NCBI GenBank assembly: GCA_964016885.1
Contig: OZ024755.1
Location: 24,800,001 to 24,864,000, forward strand
Length of the DNA stretch: 64,000 bases
Source: Eledone cirrhosa
Taxonomy: Eukaryota
Direction of reading: 5' to 3'
A model generated the notes under the pieces. It saw only the letters and a program-made list of their open reading frames with translations. It did not search any database and was not told where the DNA came from. The position numbers and the translations under genes were made by a program. This document shows positions 53,066 to 64,000 of this stretch, in pieces; the first letter of the stretch is position 1; the number at the start of each line of letters is the position of its first letter.

Positions 53066-54668
53066 ATTAGTGGGAACCCTAATATACATTAATCAGTTTC
53101 CCATAGCTGGTGCAGCTAGCTGTTGGGGTGCTATTCTATATGTTTTACTGTGTCTCCATCATGACAGTTCAGCAAGCCTTAGAAATATTTGACAGTGCCC
53201 ATCTCCGCTCCAAGTGTCCCACCCCTCACTAAGTTTAGCATGCCACCATCTGGGTGTTGTTGAGAACCAGTGTACCTGTCCTTCACTAACATATAGAACA
53301 CTAATAAAAAATATCAGTTTAATTAACCATTTATGTATTATTCATATTTGTTAACATATTTGTTGTCTTCCACTTACTAATAAATGTCAGTGTGGCTGGA
53401 CTGACATCTATATGGAGGTAAGTAGTCTATATTTTTAATTTGTGGAAAATAATATATATGTAAACGAAATGAATGGAAGTAATCTGTTTGGAAGACAGAT
53501 ATATGTGACATATTTTTTCATAAACTATGAACCAGAAATAGGTTTAGCCAAAATTTCTTTTACTAGTAAGAGTACATATATGTTACAAAGTCAAATTATA
53601 TCATTGCCAGGCTAAAGTTATAGAAGGTGAAACAAGCAATTTCAGGGCATATACTTCTCATAGAATCTTCTACAGCCAGGTTAACCTCAGTGAATACCAG
53701 GTTAGCAGGTGAAAGAGGCAGTTTTAAGGCATATACTTCTCGTGTGATTGCCTATGGTCAGATAAAACGTAGTCGATGGTTTGTTAGCAAGCAAAAAAAG
53801 CAGTTTTAAGGATCTTCTACGGCCAGCTAAACCCTAGACAATGTGAGAGGGTGAAAGAAGCAGTTTTAGGGTGTATACTTCCTTACAGCCAACTAAATCC
53901 TGGTCAATGCCAGGTTAGAGGATGAAAGTAACGGTTTTAGGGCGCGGTTTGCTTGTAGGCTTTTCTAGGGCCAGCTAAATCCTGGTCCTCTACAGGTAAC
54001 TAAATCTTGGTCAATGCCAGGTCAGATGGCGAAATAAGCAGCTTAAGATCATAAACTTGTAGGATCTCCTACGGCCAGTAAAACCTCGCCTGTCTCTCTT
54101 ACTCCAGATAATAGAACAGGGGACTTTGTAAAAAGCTTTCACTGGAAGAAATCTGCTGTATACTTCTTTCTGTGTTGTTAGCAGCCAACACACTCAAGTG
54201 TAAAAGAAAAAAACAACTTTATTTCATGTTCCAGTACACTCAGTAGTTAGGGAGTAAATCCTCCGATAGATCGGTATCCTATCAAGGGAGAGTCTTGTAC
54301 TCTGAGACACTTAACAAGCAAACCCAATGATAAACTTACATATTAATTGTTCGGCATATATCTACTAAATACTAGTAGTTTTTAGATTAATTTATATATA
54401 GAAACGGAATGAGAGTAAGGTAACACATGGAATATATTTTGAGGCGTGTTATCTAGCTTTCTTTCTGCTTCTATATTTTTTTTTTAAAACAAACAAAACT
54501 TTAGCTATAAGTATGACTAATTTACAGAGTATTATTGTGGCGTCGCGCGTAACCATTTTATGTGTCGGAAGATCGAATCGCGGCCTCAGCAGCCGGAACT
54601 ATTTGCAGGCTGGCTATATGCTAGCCTGCGTCCTGGACCGCGCGAGCAATTATTTTTGCTTTCCCTTT

Positions 54669-55525
54669 ACGGTCGTGTGTCATCGCCTTTGAGAGGTGTA
54701 ATTGGGTATGGTCGGCTTTTATCACCTCATCCCAGGTCTTCTTGGGTCTCCCCACTTCGCGGTTTCCATCGACTTCTAGTGCTCTGCACCTTTTTATGCA
54801 GCTGTCATCCTTCATACGCATCACATGTCCATACCAACGCATCCGCCTCTCCTGCACACAACATTTGATTCCTCTTATGCTCAGTCTCTCTCTCAATTCA
54901 TTTATGCTTTGTCGTTCGCGTATATTACTATTACACATCCATCGGAGCATGCAGGCTTCGTTTCTCTCTAATCTACGTAAGTCTTCCACCTTCAGCGCAC
55001 AGGTCTAACTACCATGTAACATTGCTGTTCGGATACACGCATCATACAGTCTGCCTTTCATTTTGGGGGAGAAGCCTTTTGCAGCTAGCAGTGGCAGTAG
55101 CTCCCTGAACTTCTTCCATCCCGTTCTTACCCTAGTCATTGTACTTTCTGAACACCCACCTCCGCTGCTAATTCGGTCACTAGGTAGCAGAAGCTGTCTA
55201 CTGTTTCTACAGAGCCCTCCCAGAGATTGGTGGTACTTGTTTCCTGTTTGCTGCTTGCTGTCCCAGCACAGCTGCTGCATGTGAAGCCTACATTCTTAAT
55301 TAAGCTTCCTGAGATCCCGCTACATCTCTTGTGTACCCATCGTTTGCATTTGGGGCAGAGAATGGAGTTCCTACCTACACCTTTCCTACATACTGAGCAA
55401 GGCCATTTCCCTGAGGGGATCTGGGTTCTGTTTTCTTGTCCTTACAAGGTCCTTAGTCTTTGTCATGTTGACTTTGAGACCCTTTCTTTCTAGTCCCTGC
55501 TTCCAAGTTTGGAATTTCTTCTCTG
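54669..55525 (-). mobile_element. RTE LINE C-terminal fragment (copy 1 of the local duplication)
   Basis: RVRTGWKKFRELLPLL..KGRLYDACIRTAMLHGS and LERNEACMLRWMCN..RRMRWYGHVMRM. Confidence 0.9.
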
Positions 55526-55639
55526 TAACATAGAACCATTTACATTCTTAGTTTCTTCATTTACTTTCTTTGTTCCTTTTCAACACTTCATTAACATTCT
55601 TAGTTTCCTCTAATTAAATGTATATATAATTGTTTCTAC

Positions 55640-56545
55640 ATTTTATCAAGTTTAATATTCTTTTTATTGATAACGTATGTTCGTTTCTTTTTACAGATGT
55701 CCAGCCTTCAAGTTCATATCCTGTGCTGTCTGCCGTATCAAGAAATTTTCATTTTATTTTATTTTGACAAAAATGAATAAAGAAAGTTTACATATTATAT
55801 ACGAATTGGGTTAATTTTACTTTAACAAAAATGAATAAAGAAATCAAGTCCACAAGAAACTGAGTAAGACGTACAAAAAAGAACGTAAGTGTATGAAGTT
55901 TCAAAATAAAGAAACTAAAAATGTCGAAAAAAAACCTATATGAAACGGGACGCCATTTTGTTTTTTTTTTATTTCTCCACTTTAGAGGCATCAGATACTC
56001 ATGCATGGTTAAAGGCATGGAGCGAGGAACTGATGCCTCTAAAGTGGAGAAATAAAAAAAAAAATTAACGGGGGGCCCCTCTGTAATGGAAATTTAAAAA
56101 AAAATTTTGAATAGTTGCTTCCCTTACTTTTTACAAAGAGAAGTCATTAGAAGCCATTTATTAGGCTAATTTTTTTCATTGTCAAAGTAACAACCCAACT
56201 TGTATACAATATGTAGAATTTTTTATATTTTTTCTCCTAAATAATCACAACTCGTAAATAATGTGCAAAGATTATTTTATTAACAAAATCTTTTTTCATA
56301 CTATTTGTAAATAATATGTAAACATTTTTTTTATTAACAGACACTTCATCACTATTCAGGAAACTTCGACTTGTAAAATCTTTCCCTCAGTGGTTACAGC
56401 AAACAACAGAGCAGGTTGACCGAGAAGGCCGGACATCTGTAAGAAAAATGAAATAAGAAAAACTATGAAAATCATTTACATACGTTGTCAATAAAAAAAA
56501 TGTTAAACTTCATCAAATTCTTCCAGTTTTGTCTTATATTATGTA
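55640..56545. mobile_element. Element with degenerate long terminal inverted repeats and a central hairpin
   Basis: The left end tttacagatgtccagccttc (55691) mirrors the right end gaaggccggacatctgtaag (56424). Hairpin at about 55960-56062. Confidence 0.6.
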
Positions 56546-58548
56546 CATAAATATAAAGATATATATTTAATTACTTACGTTGCCAATTAAACAACGGTGT
56601 GATCTGTCGGTTGTACGGATTTTCATAAACAAAAACCAAATGAATATGACCTCGGATTATTTTTATTGATATATATATAACGAATCGAATGGTTGGTTGT
56701 GTTGTGGCGTTGATTCATTTAGTGTGTGTGTGCTCACTTGTAGATTGCTGAGTGTTGTTGTCACTATTGTGGGAGTGTAGGCTAGAGAAATTCGATGTGC
56801 CTGATATAGTGTGGCCAGAGATTACGTGTGTGCAAGTAAGTATCAGTGTTAATTAAGATGATGATGATGATGATCACGTAGGAAATGAAATATATATATA
56901 TATATACAGTGTGACCAGAGATTGCGGGGTGTAAGTAAATAACAGTGTTCATTAAGATGAAATGTATGTTTTTGAAAGTGTCAAAAATAAATGAAATGCG
57001 TGTTCATTATCATGATGATATGTTGGTTCCTTGATCACACGGGAAATGAAATATATAAAACAAATGACGATATCACAAAGCCGGTATGTTACTAATTTAT
57101 TAAATATAATTTACACCGAAGTTATATGAAAATACACGAGGAAGAAAGAAATGAACATCGATGAATCGTGTGACGTTTTTTGTTAAGATGTCTTTCTAAA
57201 AGTATTATTAAAGTTGTATTTACTATATTTCTGTTGATGTAAAGAACTTCGGTCGAAAGAGAGAGTAGGACCCAGGGGGTCTGTACTTTTTAAATTGTGT
57301 GCATCACAAACACATGCATATATATATATAGACAAGATCCAATACTTCATTCGTTTAACGAGTGGGGTAGAGCTGGTCAAATCGAACCGAGGAAACAATG
57401 TTTCCGTTGCTCTTTTCAATTGCTAATACTATCTGTCGCAAATTTAGACAAGGAGCAACGTGAAATAAAGTGTATATATATCTTTTGTAATATCACCAAT
57501 CTGAAGAGCAGATCGATACTGGAGTCGGGTCCATAACTCCTATGGGTCACCTTCAGCCAATCATCTGTGAAACGCGCGTACCAGGTCGATATGTAATAAA
57601 TATTTTTCATATGTAAACGAAACTTGCTCGTTTTTTTCTATTATATATATATATATATATACTGAAATATGTAGGGAGGTGTTGTATGATATTAGAAATA
57701 CATTAACACGGGAGAAGGGTTGCAATAGCTAAACAAAACTATCGTTTAATTATGTCTCACGACGTGGGAGTTTTAAGTCTAATCTGTCTCACACGACTCC
57801 CAAACGAGAGACATGATAATCCAAAGGGAAATAAAAATATAAAGTTAGTTGGAATAAAATCAAGATATACTTTACCTTCGTAAAAATGGTAAAAATCCAA
57901 GATTTTAATGTTTATTTTTTCTACAGGTTGGAAAGCATGTTTAAAAGTTAAGCAGAGAGAAGGAGAGAGAGAGACCCAAAGGGTCTGTTCCGTGTAAATC
58001 TGTATTGGTACTCCGCCTCCCAAGATTGTAGATGAAGTGTCTAAATAAGAAACTATATCTATTTGTCTGTCTGCCTGTCTATCTCACACGACTACCCCAA
58101 ATGCGATTCATCAGGTCCTGTATTGACACCCAGTCCTGTGAAAAGAGATGAAAAGGACGAACCAAAGCTTCTGTATTGATACCCCTTCATATGGAAAGAA
58201 ACGAAGAGGATGTCCCAAGATGAACTGGCAACAGATAATCGACAGAGACCTGAAACCAGTCAACAAAACAGAAGTTGGAACGATGTATTGATAGATGTAA
58301 TTGACCATGGTGGTCGCTGGAGCACTTTGATTGCCTCATGTGTCTCAAGATGAGGGAGTTTCTAAGTCTAATCTATCTGTAGGCCTGCCTGTCCGTCAAT
58401 CTATCTCACATGACTTCCAAGTGAAAGACATGTTAATCAGGTCCTGTATTGATACCCACCCCCATGGAAAGAAACGAAGAGGACCTCACAAGATGATCTG
58501 GCGCCAGATAATCGACAGAGACCTGAAACCTCTCAACAAAAGTGTAAA

Positions 58549-58604
<56 letters not shown>

Positions 58605-59730
58605 CTACTGTGTTATAATGTATATATACACTCTACTATAATGTATGTATATATATATACACTATTATAATGTATATATAAACTGTACTATAATATATAC
58701 AGGAGTTGCGATCGGTAGATAATATCAGCAATAGAAAGACCAATGGAAACATTGTTTCCTCGGTCCAGTTTGAAGAGCTCCACCCCACTCGACAAGCGAA
58801 TGAGGTCCGGGCTCTTGTTGATCGATCAGAGAAAGACATACAATTGAATTACGTCTGTAGATCATTATATTTTGGGGAAATGCTGTGTATTATAATAAAT
58901 ATTGCCTGTACAGGTAATGAAAGTATGTATACATTTTTCTGGGACATCACGTATATATATGTATATATATGCAGGGTAATCACAAAAACACTCACTGCAA
59001 AGAGTCCGGAGTTAGCTTTGCCTTTCGTCCTTACGGAGTCGATAAAATAAAGGGATAATTGCTGTCCTTGTGCCAAGAGTATAAACAATTATTGCATTGA
59101 TTTTTGCCGACCAACAAAAGGGGCAGACATCGAGTGTCTGTGATATCAACCACTACCACATGTGATATCAACCAACACCACATGAAACTTTGTTAGTTTA
59201 TGCAACTGTAGCTACCAATATTGTAAGAATATTCATTTAAGTTTTCATATTATAAGTATTTGAAATCAAGGAGTGTTTTTGTGGTCGCCCTGTATATACA
59301 TGAGGAGGGGTAGCTAGATAAACAAAACTATCGTTTAATTAGTTATTGGTGACATTATGGAGGGAAATAAATATACAATATTAAAATAAAAGGCTTCAAT
59401 ATACAATAAAGATTTACTTTACCTTCGTAAAAATGGTAAAAATCCAAGTTTTTAACGTTTATTTTTTCTACAGGTTGGAAAATGCGCCTAAAATTTAAGC
59501 AGCCATTTCTTTCTGAAATATTTACAACAATCGCGCATGCGCACAAAATTAAACGTCAGTACGCATGTGCATAGAATTTTTCAACATGAACGTATCCACA
59601 CCTATAAAAACCGAAAATAAGTGTAAAATTACACACACATGTACACCAGGTCCGAACACAGAGGAACCAAACACCCACTGTCATCGCCTTCCCCATCTCT
59701 CACTATTATGAGAAAACGGGGTCCCACGTG

Positions 59731-59950
59731 TTAGCCATCCCGTGGACAGAATAGAGAAGGAGTTTCCCTGGAGGATGGTAAGGGAGATGCGCTGGAAGAG
59801 CCATTCCATCTCGGGAGGCTCACACATGCGGCTAGCAAGTGCTCAACTGCAAACCTGTCGGAGAGTGACCGATATTTGGAGAGTTTACCCTCCTCAGCTT
59901 GAAATGCAGCAGAGCCTGGGTTAGTCGCAGACTGCACCAGGTTGCCATTG
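59731..59950 (-). mobile_element. CRE-like (restriction-like endonuclease) non-LTR element 3' fragment
   Basis: SATNPGSAAFQAEEGKLSKYRSLSDRFAVE and, after a frameshift, EWLFQRISLTILQGNSFSIL resemble the AA..AE..K..KY..F.VE / QRLSIAIQRGN motif. Confidence 0.65.
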
Positions 59951-59959
59951 GAGATTGTG

Positions 59960-60290
59960 TCACTGCATGCCGATTTCGCTTTGTACTTAGGCCAGGCGGG
60001 TCTTCTGTATTACTGTGTAGCGCCAAAGATCTCGGTCCAGTGACATTGTCTTGGAGAGGTGTAAGTGTGTGAGGTCGGAATTAATAAAGTCGTCCCAGGT
60101 TTTTTGGGGTCAGCCTACTCCGTGGCTACCGTCTATTTTTATCGCCCTGCACTTTTTTATACAGCTGTCGTCTTTCATGTGCATCACGTGACCATACCAA
60201 CGTAGTCTTCTTTCGAGTAAACAACATCTGATTCCTAATTTCGAGAAATATAAGGATTCCGGAGGGTTGACCATGTTTTAGTCTCGAGTC

Positions 60291-60368
<78 letters not shown>

Positions 60369-60745
60369 GACTCGAGACCTAAAACATGGTCAACCCTTCG
60401 GAATCCTTATATTTCAGGCTATTCATTTGATATATATATTTATATGATGCGTGTATCCGAACAGCGATGTTGCATGGTAATGAGACCTGGGCGCTGAAGG
60501 TGGAAGACTTACGTAGATTAGAGAGAAACGAAACCTGCATGCTCAGATGGATGTGTAATACGCGAACGACAAAGCATAAATGAATTGAGAGAGAGAGACT
60601 GAGTATAAGAAGAATCGAATGCTGTGTGCAGGAGAGGAGGTTGCGTTGGTATGGACATGTGATGCGTATGAAGGATGACAGCTGCATAAAAAGGTGCAGA
60701 GCACTAGAAGTCGATGGAAACCGCGGTGTGGGGAGACACTTGACA
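59960..60745. mobile_element. Two oppositely oriented RTE 3' fragments around a (TA)n-centred inverted repeat
   Basis: 59960-60240 (-) and 60440-60745 (+) both encode RLRWYGHVM..KDDSCIK. Inverted repeat at 60244-60293 / 60365-60415. Confidence 0.8.
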
Positions 60746-62444
60746 AGGAAACCTGATGATAAACTTAGAACAAACTTTATATATCTATACATACTAATAT
60801 TTTAGTTTACAGAAACATGTATATTAACTTACATATTAATAGTTCGGCATATATCTACTAAATACTAGTAGTTTTTAAATTAATTTATATATAGAAACGG
60901 AATGAGAGTAAGGTAACACACGGAACACACGGAATATATTTTGAGGCGTGTTATCTAGCTTTCTTTCCGCTTCTATATTAAAAAAAACAAAACAAACAAA
61001 CAAACAAAATTTTAGCTATAAGTATGACTAATTTACTGGGAATTATTACAGCGCCGCGTGGCGACACTCGTAGCGGTTCGGATTTCATCGTCTACTTATG
61101 TACGGCGTGGCCGTTCTATATCTCGGAAGATCGAATCAAGGGCACGCAGCTTCGGCAGCCGGAGCTATATACTGGACCGCTCAATCAATCATTTTTGCTC
61201 TTCCTTTATTTAGAGTTACCTCCTCTTTATGGAACTCTTCTCCTTTTTAATTGACTTCCGGTTCTTTGAAAAAAATTCATTTTGGATATTACTTTCCTCG
61301 TGTATGGAGGTATGTAATGTTTTCTTTGCTCTATACTCGAACTATCTTACATTTTATTAAATACACACTTTATGTCAATAACTCTCACACTTTGGATATT
61401 GTGTTCATGTGAAGAGGTATTTTATGTGGCTTTCTGGAACATCTTCACCCTCTCGACACATGCTTTCTTTTAAATAAATAAAAGAAATACACATACAAAT
61501 AGTGTTACCTCTTCTAAGAAACTAAACTAAGTCATCTCGACACTATATACATACTTTCTAAGAAATATAACTCAAATTTCTCTCTATAAACATCATTCTG
61601 TAGATCTTTCTTTATTGAATACATAGTAAACCTTGTCAACACTAGCAGATATTCTTGAGAGACAAAAATAGTTTTTACCATCTTCTCTTTTTGCTATATA
61701 CTGTCTATTAAGAAAAATATATAAACCTTCCCTATAAAGGAATATACCTATCCTTCTAAGAAACCTCTATATACAGCTACATTTTTATTATCTTTATTTC
61801 TTTCATACTCAATGAAGCATGGCAGCTTCATTTCTCGCACACATGTATTCTCTTGTACGTAGAAAGAAACCTTTTGTTGTCCAACTAATTGCTACTGTGT
61901 GAGCAACGGGAAATAAAGTGTATTGCTCAAGAACACAACACAAAGTCCGGTCTGAGAATCGAACTCACGATTGTAAAGCCCGACGACTTAAGTTTTGAAC
62001 GAATTTTTTTTAGATATCATTATCGTAATCAAAGATTAACTGTTGATCAGTGTTAACTAGATCGATATCACTTTAACCTACGTTACAGAACCATTTACAT
62101 TCTTAGTTTCTTACGATTCTTTGTTCCTTTTCAACACTTAACTGTTGGTCGGTGTTAACTAGATTGATATCACTTTAACCTACGTAACATCATCATCATC
62201 ACCATCATCACCATTTTACTCCGTTTATCCATGCTAGCATGGGTTAGACGGGTTGTCCTGTTGTGGGCAGTGTCTGGTCGGCTGACCATGCCTTGCTCAT
62301 ACAGGAACTGATTGTGGCTTGATTTCTACAGCTGGATGCCCTTCCTAACACCAACCTCATTTACAGTGAGTGCTGGGTGCTTTTTTTCCATGACACCTCC
62401 ACGACCACCTTGCAGTGGGAGGGTGTGGGGGCATATTGTCTATA

Positions 62445-63362
62445 TGCTTCAGCTTGTACCCATGGGAGGTCGGATACTCTGTATTACTGCATGACGCCAG
62501 AGGTCACGGTCGTGTGTCATCGCCTTTGAGAGGTGTAATTGGGTATGGTCGGCTTTTATCACCTCATCCCAGGTCTTCTTGGGTCTCCCCACTCCGCGGT
62601 TTCCATCGACTTCTAGTGCTCTGCACCTTTTTATGCAGCTGTCATCCTTCATACGCATCACATGTCCATACCAACGCATCCGCCTCTCCTGCACACAACA
62701 TTTGATTCCTCTTATGCTCAGTCTCTCTCTCAATTCATTTATGCTTTGTCGTTCGCGTATATTACTATTACACATCCATCGGAGCATGCAGGCTTCGTTT
62801 CTCTCTAATCTACGTAAGTCTTCCACCTTCAGCGCCCAGGTCTAACTACCATGTAACATTGCTGTTCGGATACACGCATCATACAGTCTGCCTTTCATTT
62901 TGGGGGAGAAGCCTTTTGCAGCTAGCAGTGGCAGTAGCTCCCTGAACTTCTTCCATCCCGTTCTTACCCTAGTCATTGTACTTTCTGAACACCCACCTCC
63001 GCTGCTAATTCGGTCACTAGGTAGCAGAAGCTGTCTACTGTTTCTACAGAGCCCTCCCAGAGATTGGTGGTACTTGTTTCCTGTTTGCTGCTTGCTGTCC
63101 CAGCACAGCTGCTGCATGTGAAGCCTACATTCTTAATTAAGCTTCCTGAGATCTCGCTACATCTCTTGTGTACCAATTGTTTGCATTTGGGGCAGAGAAT
63201 GGAGTTCCTACCTACACCTTTCCTACATACTGAGCAAGGCCATTTCCCTGAGGGGATCTGGGTTCTGTTTTCTTGTCCTTACAAGGTCCTTAGTCTTTGT
63301 CATGTTGACTTTGAGACCCTTTCTTTCTAGTCCCTGCTTCCAAGTTTGGAATTTCTTCTCTG
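62445..63362 (-). mobile_element. RTE LINE C-terminal fragment (copy 2, near-identical to 54669-55525)
   Basis: Identical or near-identical ORFs (62842-63117 equals 55005-55280). Confidence 0.9.
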
Positions 63363-63431
63363 TAACATAGAACCATTTACATTCTTAGTTTCTTCATTTA
63401 CTTTCTTTGTTCCTTTTCAACACTTCATTAA

Positions 63432-63705
63432 CATTCTTAGTTTCCTCTAATTAAATGTATATATAATTATTTCTACATTTGGCACAAGGCCAGCAAATAA
63501 CCTAGTAGATTACTGGTACCTTATTTTATCGACCCCGTAAGGGTGAAAGGCAAAGTTAACCTCGATCTCAGTTCAAATCCCGTCGAGATTAACTTTGCCT
63601 TTCATCCTTACGGGGTGGATAAAATAATGTACTGGATAATTGCTGGCCTTGTGCCAAAAGTAGAAACTACTATAAATACATTTAAATAGAGGAAACTAAG
63701 AATGT
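63432..63705. repeat. Inverted repeat made of two head-to-head SINE halves plus flanking sequence
   Basis: cattcttagtttcctcta..ggcacaaggccagcaa.. is mirrored by ..ttgctggccttgtgcc..tagaggaaactaagaatg. Confidence 0.75.
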
Positions 63706-64000
63706 ATATATAATAAAAGACAAAATTGGATGAATTTTATCAAGTTTAATATTCTTTTTATTGATAACGTATGTTCATTTCTTTTTACAGATGTCCAGCC
63801 TTCAAGTTCATATCCTGTGCTGTCTGCCGTATCAAGAAATTTTCATTTTATTTTATTTTGACAAAAATGAATAAAGAAAGTTTACATATTATATACGAAT
63901 TATGTTAATTTTACTTTAACAAAAATGAATAAAGAAATCAAGTCCACAAGAAACTGAGTAAGACGTACTAAAAAGAACGTAAGTGTATGAAGTTTCTAAA

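Overview
This is AT-rich eukaryotic (metazoan) genomic DNA, not prokaryotic. The SINE families, RTE LINEs and dense (TA)n/(CA)n microsatellites look like an octopus/cephalopod genome (inference). Most of the window is repeat debris: RTE and CRE-like LINE fragments, two Penelope-like (PLE) remnants, a Gypsy-type integrase fragment, a PHD-bearing DNA-transposon remnant, SINEs, MITEs, five minisatellite arrays and a recent local duplication at 54-64 kb. Most of the supplied ORFs are microsatellite or transposon artefacts. Hidden in this are three candidate two-coding-exon genes for small (about 103-144 aa) single-pass membrane proteins: A (minus, 3879-1547), B (plus, 23984-25295) and C (plus, 30134-37996). 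Each starts Met-Glu and has a phase-1 intron followed by a terminal exon with one TM helix. B and C share the C-terminal motif P-x-L-x-T-V-x-x-G-E-x-Y-x-L-A-A-A-stop; 8 of its 11 identical codons differ synonymously, which points to purifying selection. The window also holds several PLE-type hammerhead-ribozyme motifs, often inside inverted repeats, and a two-copy hairpin with compensatory base-pair changes. All gene models were built by hand and need transcript confirmation.
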